Shown here piece by piece: positions 17,595 through 26,027 of a stretch of DNA of 39,639 nt. The DNA lies in IMG/VR virus record IMGVR_UViG_3300011417_000016, positions 1 through 39,639 of that record. One strand, given 5' to 3'. Under the pieces are notes generated by a model, which saw only the letters and a list, made by a program, of their open reading frames with translations, made no database searches and was not told the DNA's origin. Position 1 is the stretch's first letter. Each line of letters opens with the position of its first letter. A program made the position numbers and the translations under genes. Origin of the DNA: a virus. Taxonomy: Duplodnaviria > Caudoviricetes.

Positions 17595-17934
17595 CCGTGA
17601 CCTCTCCTCCGAGTGCCATCACCCAGAGCTTGCCCAGGAACACCTGGTGCTCGTCGTCGGTCTGCTGCTTGCGCTTGCCGGCCAGGTGCGGGAAGTACTC
17701 GCCGAGTTCGATCTTGCCGCCACCCTTCTGCCACGGCAGGAGACTGGTGTGGCCGGAGTAGAGGGCGCGCATGTCATCGCGCTCCGGGCCCCAGGGCATC
17801 AGCTTGAACATGGCCTGCCACTCGCGCCACTTCGTGGCCCCGATCGAATCGAGCATGGCGTCCGGGTCAGCCCAGCCGAGCTGCCAGGCTAAGAGGTAGG
17901 CGATGAGTCGCCGGGGCCGGCGTCGGAGTTTTTT
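17482..17934 (-). CDS. Tail assembly chaperone -1 frameshift extension (gpT-like)
   Basis: -1 frame LAWQLG..DPDAMLDSIGATKWREWQAMF..PWGPERDD reached via A AAA AAC. Confidence 0.75.
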   Translation of the reverse strand, partial: KKLRRRPRRLIAYLLAWQLGWADPDAMLDSIGATKWREWQAMFKLMPWGPERDDMRALYSGHTSLLPWQKGGGKIELGEYFPHLAGKRKQQTDDEHQVFLGKLWVMALGGEVTDGEHRDAGGEAGGERPGAVERPVERGCAGGGVPEQAQ

Positions 17935-18296
17935 GCGACGTCCTCCAGGTCCTGGTTCTTCCTCCCGTTCAGCCGTTCGGCGACCTCGTAGACGCGATCG
18001 AGGGCCCGCCCGCCGGCGTCGCGGCTCATCCAGGAGACGTCCGCATCGGTGAAGAGGCGAATCCCCTCCGGGTCTCGAATCGCCAGCACGCACAAGCGCG
18101 CCCGGGTGTCAGCAAGGCTGAGCTTCACCTTGCCGCGCTTCTGCAGCAGGCGCGATTCCTCGAACTTGTCGAGCTCGCCGGCCGGGATCTCCCAGACGAG
18201 GACGGTACCGCCCCACTCTGGGACCTCGACTTTCTCGCGGGCCAGGCTGTCCTTGTTGCAGCGCTGCTTGATTTGCTGAGCGGTCAACAGATCCAT
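17889..18296 (-). CDS. Tail assembly chaperone (gpG-like)
   Basis: EKVEVPEWGGTVLV...RARLCVLAIRDPEGIRLF. Confidence 0.82.
   Translation of the reverse strand: MDLLTAQQIKQRCNKDSLAREKVEVPEWGGTVLVWEIPAGELDKFEESRLLQKRGKVKLSLADTRARLCVLAIRDPEGIRLFTDADVSWMSRDAGGRALDRVYEVAERLNGRKNQDLEDVAKNSDAGPGDSSPTS
17928..17934 (-). other. Programmed -1 ribosomal frameshift heptamer A AAA AAC
   Basis: GCA AAA AAC near the 3' end of the TAC gene, in the classic G/GT position. Confidence 0.8.
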
Positions 18297-18340
18297 GGCG
18301 AAGCGACCTCCATGTCGAGACGGGCAACCCAGGCAGCGGC

Positions 18341-18679
18341 TCAAGTGCCGAGCTTGAGGGCCGCGATGAAAACGCTGGTGACTCCTGAGTAGCCCACGTT
18401 CATGTTGCCCTGGGAATCGTTGTAAGTTCCCTGCGGGAACGGACCGATCAGCTTGCGCTCGCCGGCGGCGATGCTGACCGTGCGATCGGTAACCGGCTGA
18501 CCGTCGACCGTGCTTTGAATGTCGAGGGTCAGCGTGATGCCGCCGCCCCCGCCGTTGTGCACATAGATGAACTCGTTCCCGGTGTTCGGGAGCTTGTCGC
18601 CGGCCACGTCGGCGGGCTGGTCGGCCGCGACGAGCTCGATGCCGGCCCGGTTGATGGTCTGGACGCTGAGCGTCGCCAT
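18341..18679 (-). CDS. Putative tail-associated structural protein
   Basis: MATLSVQTI...GDKLPNTGNEFIYVHNG...LIGPFP; between tail tube and TAC. Confidence 0.7.
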   Translation of the reverse strand: MATLSVQTINRAGIELVAADQPADVAGDKLPNTGNEFIYVHNGGGGGITLTLDIQSTVDGQPVTDRTVSIAAGERKLIGPFPQGTYNDSQGNMNVGYSGVTSVFIAALKLGT

Positions 18680-18742
18680 GGTCCTTCCTCCTGCAAGGCC
18701 CGGGCCCGCGTGCCGCCGCGGAGCTGCGGGCGGAACCGCGGA

Positions 18743-19177
18743 CTAGCTGCCCGGGGTAAAGGTGGGCAAGCCGCTGAGCTTGATCAACGCCGGCATCCGG
18801 TAGCTGTCGTCGGACTCGGCCTGGGCTTCAGAGATGCCGAGCTTCTTCAGGTGGCCGCGGGCCTCGATCTTCGCCGGCGTCGTCTGCCCGGTGGCCAGCG
18901 GCAGCTCGACGCGCCACCAGAGCTTGTTGCCGTCCTTGAAGAGCGTGCGGGCCGTGCTGAACTGGGCCTGGTCGAAGAGCAGCTCGAAAGGCATTTCGCC
19001 GGCCTTGATCCACGACGCGATGAATTCCTCGGCGAAGTCGTCGGACTCGAGGTGCGTGACGCTCGACTCGCTGCGCTCCATGTCGGAGGGAGTGACCAGC
19101 CGCAGGCTGGAGAACTTGGTGTAGGCGGCGCCGTCGGTGGAGTAGTAGAGCTTCGACTTGTAAGGGTGCAGGGGCAT
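18743..19177 (-). CDS. Major tail tube protein
   Basis: VTHLESDDFAEEFIASWIKAGEMPFE...IKLSGLPTF. Confidence 0.8.
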   Translation of the reverse strand: MPLHPYKSKLYYSTDGAAYTKFSSLRLVTPSDMERSESSVTHLESDDFAEEFIASWIKAGEMPFELLFDQAQFSTARTLFKDGNKLWWRVELPLATGQTTPAKIEARGHLKKLGISEAQAESDDSYRMPALIKLSGLPTFTPGS

Positions 19178-19201
19178 GGGGATTCCTTTCCGTTACGCCG
19201 C

Positions 19202-19411
19202 TCAGTCCTGATGGGCCGCAAGAATCTGGTCAGCGACCGTCCGCGGCGTTGTATCGAGGACCATCACCTTGGTGCCGTCGTCAAAGAGAAGCACGGCGAC
19301 CGGCACATCCGGCTCGCCGCGCAGGTCGCGGGTCCGCTCCCGCACCGCGCAGAGGCTCAGAGGATCGACGAGGATGCGTTCGCCATCGCGGGCCACGGTG
19401 AAGGCGATCAT
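19202..19411 (-). CDS. Hypothetical protein
   Basis: ATGA-coupled; coding bias. Confidence 0.55.
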   Translation of the reverse strand: MIAFTVARDGERILVDPLSLCAVRERTRDLRGEPDVPVAVLLFDDGTKVMVLDTTPRTVADQILAAHQD

Positions 19412-19818
19412 GGCTCCGGCCTCTCGTAGATCATGCGGATCTCGATCAGCACAAACGGGTCGCCTGTCTCGTCCGCGAACTCATCCTCCTCGAAGTCGAC
19501 GCTGTCGTCGTCCACGAAGCAGGCTTGCACGCGTACGCCGGCGGCCGTGCCTTGCCAGCCGTCCAACTCCTCAATGGCCAGGTCGGCGAGCGCCTCCGCC
19601 TGCTCGTCGTCCTTGCCGTAGCACCACACCTGGTGGCGAGCGACCTTGGTGGTCGAGGGCCCCTCCAGGTGCAGCTCCGCCCGGTTGCCGACCCGGCGAT
19701 GCACGATGTAGGGCGGGTCCTCCTTCTGACCGGCCCGGCGTTTCCGGACCCGCTGGCCCACCAGGCCCGCGATCGCTGTGTTCGCCAGGAGAATGGCCCG
19801 CAGGGCTTTGCCGCTCAT
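19408..19818 (-). CDS. Tail terminator / completion protein (DUF3168-like)
   Basis: PPYIVHRRV...QVWCYG...AEALADLAIEELDGW. Confidence 0.8.
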   Translation of the reverse strand: MSGKALRAILLANTAIAGLVGQRVRKRRAGQKEDPPYIVHRRVGNRAELHLEGPSTTKVARHQVWCYGKDDEQAEALADLAIEELDGWQGTAAGVRVQACFVDDDSVDFEEDEFADETGDPFVLIEIRMIYERPEP

Positions 19819-20504
19819 GCGCCGCTCCTGGCTTTGGCCGCCTCCCGCGCGAGCCCCTCGGTCACCTTCTGCCGGAAGATCGCCGCCGACTGGCCCTTGG
19901 TCTGCTCGGCCGAGGACCTGATGATGCGAAAGGCACGGTAGCCCGGGTGCATTCCACCCTTTTGTTTCGCCTGCCGGCCGAGCCGGGCTTTCGCCCGGTC
20001 GAGCGAGCGTTGCTTCGACGCGATCCGTGAGATCGAGTCTCCCCGGAACACACTGCGGAGGAGGCTGTCCTTGGCCCGCTGAATGCCCTGGGCCGCTCGA
20101 TCTCGGTGGTCCTTTCGCAAGAGCTTCGAGCCCTTGCCGGTCGCGTGCGGCCGGACGGCGTCTTCGAGCAGGTGACTGTACATGGTCGGGTCGACAGGTA
20201 TCGGCTTCTTCCTCCCGGGTCGCTTCCAGAAGATCTTCATCCTGCGAGCCGCCCCCACCATGGCGACGACGGTCGCGGTCTTGTCGTAGTACCTGATCTT
20301 TCGCCGCAGAGCCCGGGCGTACTGGCCGCTGCGTCGATGCTTCATTAGCTTTCGCTCGACCGCTTTCAGCACCGGCCTGCTCGCAGCGGAGGCCGCCTGG
20401 AAAAGCACGCGCCGGCGGATGCCTGTGTCCAGTTTCTTCAATGCCCTCATAACCTCCGGGACGCCTTCGACCCTGGCGGCGACCGCGAATGCCTGCTGGA
20501 CCAC
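19815..20504 (-). CDS. HK97 gp10-like tail-completion protein
   Basis: VEGVPEVMRALKKL...YSHLLE...HPG. Confidence 0.7.
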   Translation of the reverse strand: MVQQAFAVAARVEGVPEVMRALKKLDTGIRRRVLFQAASAASRPVLKAVERKLMKHRRSGQYARALRRKIRYYDKTATVVAMVGAARRMKIFWKRPGRKKPIPVDPTMYSHLLEDAVRPHATGKGSKLLRKDHRDRAAQGIQRAKDSLLRSVFRGDSISRIASKQRSLDRAKARLGRQAKQKGGMHPGYRAFRIIRSSAEQTKGQSAAIFRQKVTEGLAREAAKARSGA

Positions 20505-20505
20505 G

Positions 20506-20826
20506 TCAGGACTTCTCCTTGCAAATCACCACGTGCTCGACCTTGCGGCCATCTGGGTTCGTGATCGAATCGATGTAGAGCAGCCGCTCGCCGAACTTGT
20601 AGCGCTGGGTCTGCTTGAGGTCGGTTCGAAACCGGTGCTTCACCCGGCAGATCCGCCGGGCCTGGACCTGCTGGGCCTGGAACAGCTCGCCGCCCTCGAG
20701 ATCTTCGACCTCGGCCCAAAAGCGGGCCACCGGGTTCCAGCCGTCCTCGATGACCGCCCCCTCGGGCGATTCATGGGTGACCGCCTCCTGCAGTTCCACG
20801 CGGTGTCGCATCCTGCCGATCTGCAT
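20506..20826 (-). CDS. Head closure / head-tail adaptor (SPP1 gp16-like)
   Basis: IGRMRHRVELQ...WAEVEDLEGGELFQAQQVQ. Confidence 0.88.
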   Translation of the reverse strand: MQIGRMRHRVELQEAVTHESPEGAVIEDGWNPVARFWAEVEDLEGGELFQAQQVQARRICRVKHRFRTDLKQTQRYKFGERLLYIDSITNPDGRKVEHVVICKEKS

Positions 20827-20829
20827 GGG

Positions 20830-21105
20830 TCACTTCTGCTCGGGGACCAGGCTTACCTGGCACTTCGCCAGCGAGAGGTACGGCGACTGCCCGGTCTCCG
20901 GCGTGGGGACCTCCAGCCGCAGGCTGACGCTCGTTTCGTAGAGGCCGGTTATCCGGCAGGGCACCCACACCAGGTCGCCGACCTGCAGCCCGTTGCCGCC
21001 CCGGTCCACGTGCCGCGGCTTCGCCGGCGGGCTGGCCGGGATCGCCGGCGCGGCCTTCTCGACCGGCTTCTCCGCGGGCTTGGCGTCGCTCTTCACCTCA
21101 GCCAT
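20830..21105 (-). CDS. Small beta-barrel-like protein, GDxVxxPC family copy 4
   Basis: DRGGNGLQVGDLVWVPCRI...CQVSLVPE; SD AAGGAG. Confidence 0.7.
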   Translation of the reverse strand: MAEVKSDAKPAEKPVEKAAPAIPASPPAKPRHVDRGGNGLQVGDLVWVPCRITGLYETSVSLRLEVPTPETGQSPYLSLAKCQVSLVPEQK

Positions 21106-21163
21106 GACGTCTCCTTCGGATGTACGCGCGCCTGTACTGCCGGGCCGCCGCCGCCCGCAGGCC

Positions 21164-21421
21164 TTACGCCTGCGAAACCTCGACCTCGAAGCGATTGCAG
21201 CCGGCCGGCGTGAACACCTTGATCTTGTGGGCGAACCGATCGGTGATCGTGAAGCCCTGGCCGGCCCCGAGCTCCAGCTTCTTGCCGACGCCCAGCTTGT
21301 CGATCAGTTCGTTCAGGAGGCCGTCCGCTTCCGCGTAGGCCTGCTTGCCGCGATCTCGCGCGGCCAGGTACTGCCGGGCCTTGAGGCGGAGCGTCGCGGC
21401 GTCGACCTTTTTCCTGGGCAT
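21164..21421 (-). CDS. Hypothetical protein
   Basis: SD AAGGAG; coding bias. Confidence 0.6.
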   Translation of the reverse strand: MPRKKVDAATLRLKARQYLAARDRGKQAYAEADGLLNELIDKLGVGKKLELGAGQGFTITDRFAHKIKVFTPAGCNRFEVEVSQA

Positions 21422-21583
21422 CAGCTTCTCCTTCGTCGGGTCGCCGGCCGCCGCCGGCGTGCGGGCAGCAGCCGGCAGAAGCGAGCGATGCGTTCCTTGT
21501 CTCGCAGGCCTTCCGCAAACAGCCGCCCGTCAGCCTTCAGCACGATCGGCGGCGGGCCTCCCACCAGCAGCGGCACCCTGGGG

Positions 21584-22219
21584 CTACCCATAGAAGCCAT
21601 ACCCTTCGCACTGCAGCAGGCTGGTCACTGCGAGGCCGAGCTCGGTGGCGATCGTGCCGGTGACCCAGGCCTCCCGGTTCACGTACCAGTGGCCGAGCAC
21701 CATGAGGATCGCCTGCTTCACGGTCCGCGGCACGGCGTCCGCATTCGCGTAGCCGGCCGTGAAACGGATCGTGATGGGCCACGGTCGGTCGGCCTGCAGG
21801 GCCGGCCAGCTCTTGCCCGGGGCCCGCTCGATCCAGCCCGGCTGCCGCCACGGCAGCCACACCTGGTACGTCGCGGCGTCGAGCGTCTGCTGCGCCCCGC
21901 CCGAGTCCCAGTACTTGACCGAGCCCACCGACGCGAGCGGCGGCCGCGGCAGCTTCAGCGTCTCCCACCAGCACCGCACCGGCACGTCGAACGTCGCGGG
22001 GAGGAACTGGCGGTGGCCGTCGATCTCCTGCTCGCAGAAGGTCGTGGCCGCGGCCAACTGCTCATTGATGAGATCGTCGTCGTCGGCGACCTCGACCTTC
22101 AGATGGGCCTTGGCCCTGGGCAGCGTGGTCACCAGGCCCGCCGGCGGCGTCACCAGAATCAGCGGCCCCAGCAGCGTGGGCAGAAACAGCGGCTGTCGGG
22201 GTTCCAGAGTCGGGTGCAT
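21584..22219 (-). CDS. Head-tail connector (gp6/gp15-like)
   Basis: TLPRAKAHLKV..DDDLI...LPRPPLASV...VKQAILMVLGHWYVNRE. Confidence 0.9.
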   Translation of the reverse strand: MHPTLEPRQPLFLPTLLGPLILVTPPAGLVTTLPRAKAHLKVEVADDDDLINEQLAAATTFCEQEIDGHRQFLPATFDVPVRCWWETLKLPRPPLASVGSVKYWDSGGAQQTLDAATYQVWLPWRQPGWIERAPGKSWPALQADRPWPITIRFTAGYANADAVPRTVKQAILMVLGHWYVNREAWVTGTIATELGLAVTSLLQCEGYGFYG

Positions 22220-22361
22220 CCTTGCCTCGGTGCCAAGCGGCGATGCCGCGTCTCACGAGCTCGACGGCCACGCCGTAGTCGAGCCCGCTGTCCACTACGC
22301 CCGGCTGCCGGCCGCGCCAGAACTGACGGAACCGGACCGCCTGGGCTGTTGCCGCTGCCAT
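22062..22361 (-). CDS. Small head-module hypothetical protein
   Basis: SD GAGGAG; GVAVELVRRGIA motif; 3' part overlaps the connector gene. Confidence 0.45.
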   Translation of the reverse strand: MAAATAQAVRFRQFWRGRQPGVVDSGLDYGVAVELVRRGIAAWHRGKDAPDSGTPTAAVSAHAAGAADSGDAAGGPGDHAAQGQGPSEGRGRRRRRSHQ

Positions 22362-22404
22362 GCGAACACTCCTCGTCGATGCGTTGGGGTCGCCAGCCGC
22401 GCGG

Positions 22405-22860
22405 CTACACCCGCATGCGCTGGGAGTAGCCCGCCTCGGCCGCCGTGCGCGGGGCGTCCTTCGAACGCCAGAGCCGGGTCACGATGACGATGAACGTGCC
22501 GGCGGCGCCGTCGCCGACCGTGGCCGAGACGTCCAGGTAGCGCTTCCGCCCCCGCAGATCGAGGAAGAAGGAGAAGATCTTGTTGTCGTCCGTCGCGCTC
22601 GGCAGCGTGGACGCCGACCCGGTGTCGTTGTTGTCGGTGCCGAAGCGGGTGCCCACGATGTCCGCGAAACCCGACCCGGAAACGTCGGATTCCTGCACCT
22701 TGAGCACGGTCATGGCGATATCGAGGGCGCCGAGAAAGACCTCGATCTGGGCGTAGTCGTAGCCCAGGCGGTCGATCTCCGCCGTGACCACCGCGGCGTT
22801 GTCGATGATCGCCGCCGGCGGCGTGGTGAGCAGGACTTTGCAATCGTCTGGAGGAATCAC
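22405..22860 (-). CDS. Capsid decoration/cement-like protein
   Basis: Beta-rich; KVQESD...GRKRYLDVSATVG; directly after the MCP. Confidence 0.7.
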   Translation of the reverse strand: MIPPDDCKVLLTTPPAAIIDNAAVVTAEIDRLGYDYAQIEVFLGALDIAMTVLKVQESDVSGSGFADIVGTRFGTDNNDTGSASTLPSATDDNKIFSFFLDLRGRKRYLDVSATVGDGAAGTFIVIVTRLWRSKDAPRTAAEAGYSQRMRV

Positions 22861-22911
22861 GGGCTGGTCTCCTTGAGGCCCCGCCGGCGGGCGGGCTGCC
22901 GGTTATGAACT

Positions 22912-22945
22912 GCCGCCGCGGATCCGCGTGCGGATCCGCGGCGGC
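22912..22945. repeat. Palindrome containing GCGGATC-N8-GATCCGC (22918-22939)
   Basis: GCCGCCGCGGATCCGC-GT-GCGGATCCGCGGCGGC between the MCP and decoration genes. Confidence 0.85.
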
Positions 22946-22962
22946 GATCAGGTCAGGATCGA

Positions 22963-24426
22963 CTACGGGCCGGTCTGCAGGCCGACGATCGGGCCCGGAT
23001 CGGTGCTGCTGCCGACGTCGTGGCAGTTGATGTCGAAGCGCTCCGAGCCGCGGACCGCGATCTGGCCGCGTTCAAACACGTTCTCGCCGCCAACCGTGGC
23101 GTGCTCGCTGAAGGCGATCTCTTCCTGCTGGCGGTCGCCGAAGGCGGCGCCGAGCTTGTAGGCGCCGAGCGTGCAGCTCACCGTGGCCACGGCGGTCACT
23201 TTGGGGAACACCTGGGAGAAGTTGACCGGGTAGCCCTTGAAGAGCGGCCGGGCCCGCTGGCCCTGCCGGATCTCGTAGGCCGGCACGCCGCCGGCGGCCT
23301 GGACGAGCTTCTCCATCACCTCGTAGTAGAACGTGCGGTGGCAAAGCCACGAGGCCTCGGGCGTGTCCGCGAACTCGGGCAGCTTGCCCACGACTTTGTC
23401 GAAGTCGGCCAGGACCAGGGCGGCCCAGGTGTTGCCCGTGCCCTGGATGACCAGGCCGGCGGAGTCGGTGCCGGCGGCGTCGAGGTTCTGGAGCTTGTGG
23501 CGGATGCCCTGGATGCCGCCGTAGGTCGAGGTGCCGTCGCCGTTGAAGCCGCACTGGTCCTCCTTCTCGGAGAACGCGTAGACGATCTCGCCGATGAGGG
23601 TGTCGCCCCAGTTGATCACCGAGTCGGCGTTGACCTGTCGGGAGATCCTCGTGAGGGCGACGAGGTCCCGGGCGACCAGGCGGACCTGGTCCCAGGTCAT
23701 GTTGGACTCAGTGGCGGCTTGATTCTCGCCCACGAAGTAGGCCGTCAGCCCGCCCGTGCGGCGCGGGTCGGTCTTCGTGTCCGAGATCATGGGCTCGCGG
23801 CGGAAGAGCATCCGGACCTTGCCGAACGTCTCGCGCAGCACAATGATGTCGCGGCCGAACTCCTCGGGGATGAGGTATTGAGCGCCGCTGCTGTCGTTGG
23901 AGCCGACGGCCCCCATGTGGCGGTCGACGAACTCGACAGCCTCGCGGAAGTTGTAGCGCCCCGGCATCTGCCGGCTGAGCGTGGCCATGGCCCACATACC
24001 AAACCGGTAGGCCCGCTCCTCGGCGTTATGGCCGTCGCGCTCGCCCCGGAAGTGCTGCAGGTTCCCGGCCCAGCGGCTGGCCGCGGCGGGGATGGTGATG
24101 CGGGTGCGCTCAGCCGGGACGTCCGCGCGGTTGGCCTGGTCCGGATCGGTCAGGCGGTTCTGGCCCGGGTTCACCGTGCGGCGCTCGCGTTCCTCGCGCG
24201 CCTTCTTGGCCGCGGCCGCCTCCGCCTCGAGCTTGGTCCGCTCTTCCTCGCGGGCGATGCGGTTCTTTTCCTTGTCGATGGCGGCCACGGTCTTGGCCCG
24301 CTCCGCGACCAGGCGGTCGTGCTCGGCCTTCTGCTCGGCCGACAGCTCGTCGTGGGCCAGGAGGGCATCGAGCTTGGTGTCGATGTCCTTGAGCGCGGCC
24401 AGCATTTCTTCCAGTGTCTTCTTCAC
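22963..24426 (-). CDS. Major capsid protein, HK97 fold, with N-terminal coiled-coil scaffold (delta) domain
   Basis: GAQYLIPEEF...AYFVGEN...FNGDGT...FERGQIAVRGSERFD; GTG start with SD AGGAGAGG. Confidence 0.93.
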   Translation of the reverse strand: MKKTLEEMLAALKDIDTKLDALLAHDELSAEQKAEHDRLVAERAKTVAAIDKEKNRIAREEERTKLEAEAAAAKKAREERERRTVNPGQNRLTDPDQANRADVPAERTRITIPAAASRWAGNLQHFRGERDGHNAEERAYRFGMWAMATLSRQMPGRYNFREAVEFVDRHMGAVGSNDSSGAQYLIPEEFGRDIIVLRETFGKVRMLFRREPMISDTKTDPRRTGGLTAYFVGENQAATESNMTWDQVRLVARDLVALTRISRQVNADSVINWGDTLIGEIVYAFSEKEDQCGFNGDGTSTYGGIQGIRHKLQNLDAAGTDSAGLVIQGTGNTWAALVLADFDKVVGKLPEFADTPEASWLCHRTFYYEVMEKLVQAAGGVPAYEIRQGQRARPLFKGYPVNFSQVFPKVTAVATVSCTLGAYKLGAAFGDRQQEEIAFSEHATVGGENVFERGQIAVRGSERFDINCHDVGSSTDPGPIVGLQTGP

Positions 24427-24720
24427 GGGCCCTCTCCTGGGGATGGGCCGGTGGAGGGGCGCGCACAATTAGCGCAGCGTGGCCACCGGCAAGCCTTCTT
24501 GCCCGCAGCTCCCACGTGCGCAACGGCGTAGGGGGGAGGCTCGCTGCCGCGTATACGGAGCAAGCAACGGCTTGCCTGGCGCCCGCGACGGCGTGCGAAT
24601 CGAAATGTCAGCACGCCACGATGCCAAGTCCCTGGGATTGTGCAAGAGCAGTTTTTGCCGACGGCCGGCCCGCCGCGGGATCCGGCGGCGGTCGATCGCC
24701 ATCACCAGCCGGCGGATCAT

Positions 24721-24803
24721 GCGGCATCAGCTGGCGGCGCGTGATCCGGCGGCGACTCCAGGAGGGCCCCGCCGCGGGATCATGCGCCGCCAGCTGATGC
24801 CGC
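24721..24803. repeat. 34-bp inverted repeat (2 mismatches, 15-nt loop) over the methylase stop codon
   Basis: 24721-24754 vs 24770-24803. Confidence 0.9.
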
Positions 24804-25616
24804 TGGATTGATCGGCCCTCGAGAAACAAACGCCTCCGCCAGAATGGCCTGGCGTTCCAAGTCGGGGAGGCGCTGCAGGCCGGCCGCCCAGGTCCGGACC
24901 TTCCGGGCGATCCGCTCGCGCTCCCGCTTCTCGTCGCCGAGGTAGCGGTAGTCGTGCAGCTCGGCCGGCTCGGGATAGTTCATCCACAGGAACTCCCGGG
25001 CCACCCGGTTTCCCCTGGTGACCGCGTTGAACGAAATCGACCGCCACTTCTGCAGGGCCGCGGCATAGAGCGGCGACCAGTAGCCGGAGATCGCCACCGG
25101 GCAGGGGAGCTGGTTGGCGACGTCGAGCAGCTCCTCGTGCTGCTCGGGGGTCATTTCGTAGCGGTACAGCTTGCGACGCGAACGGCGCGTGGAAAGCAGG
25201 TAGGGCGGATCGAAGTAGACGAACCAGCGGGATCCCGCCGCACGATCGTGCGACGCCGGATCCGCGGGCGGTCGGCCGACGCCGACGCATCCCGCGACCG
25301 CAGCTGCGGTCGCATGATCCGTCGGCTTCTCCCGGGCTACGCGGTAGAGGGCAAACGTGTGCTTGAGCCACTCGATGCCACAGCAGCAGTACACCTCGAC
25401 CTGATGGTCACCGCCGCCAGATGCTGCGTCCTCGCCGGCGAATCGGGCCGCGACCGCGGCGTCGATCTCGACGCCGATCGTCCGTGCGGCTGGACGCTTC
25501 CTGCGCAGGACCGCCCCGTCGCCGAGGCACGGCTCGACGTAGACGTCGTGCGGCGGGATCTGGTTGATGATCCGCTGGTAGACTCCGGCGCCAGCCTTTC
25601 CGCCTGGATAACCCAT
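24780..25616 (-). CDS. DNA adenine methyltransferase (Dam/D12 class)
   Basis: YPGGK, YVEPCLGDG (motif I), FVYFDPPY (motif IV), AISGY, EFLWMNY. Confidence 0.9.
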   Translation of the reverse strand: MGYPGGKAGAGVYQRIINQIPPHDVYVEPCLGDGAVLRRKRPAARTIGVEIDAAVAARFAGEDAASGGGDHQVEVYCCCGIEWLKHTFALYRVAREKPTDHATAAAVAGCVGVGRPPADPASHDRAAGSRWFVYFDPPYLLSTRRSRRKLYRYEMTPEQHEELLDVANQLPCPVAISGYWSPLYAAALQKWRSISFNAVTRGNRVAREFLWMNYPEPAELHDYRYLGDEKRERERIARKVRTWAAGLQRLPDLERQAILAEAFVSRGPINPAASAGGA

Positions 25617-25709
25617 CGCTGCGACCTCTGCCGTCCACGGCCGCTCAAAACGTCGGCCCGTCGGCATGGTCGCACAATCCTGCGGCGGCGTCAAGCGCCC
25701 CCGGTTCGA

Positions 25710-26027
25710 TTACGGGCCCGGCGGAGGAGGCGCCGGCTCGATGCGGTGGAAGCCAATGCCGTCGTGCTCGGGGATGACCTCGTCGGCGGCGACCATCCGC
25801 CAGCTCGGATGCGCCAGCACCACGCAGAAAGTGTTGCGAACCCAGTCGTAGTAGGACCAGCAGAGCTGGGCATCTTGAGGCACCGGTTCACTCACGACTT
25901 CGTAGGTGCCCGACAGGAAGTTAACGAGCAGGTCGGGAGCGAAGCACACCCGCCGCAGCCGGCCGGCCGGGTGCGCGTTGGGGAACTTCACGCTCACGTA
26001 GCCCAGAGAATTTGGCACGCTCGCCAT
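25710..26027 (-). CDS. Hypothetical protein
   Basis: TAATG coupling to the protease gene. Confidence 0.6.
   Translation of the reverse strand: MASVPNSLGYVSVKFPNAHPAGRLRRVCFAPDLLVNFLSGTYEVVSEPVPQDAQLCWSYYDWVRNTFCVVLAHPSWRMVAADEVIPEHDGIGFHRIEPAPPPPGP

Noticed and set aside
24721-24803. IS or MITE ends
   Set aside because: Arms are only 15 nt apart, with no transposase or target-site duplication; more likely a hairpin or regulatory site
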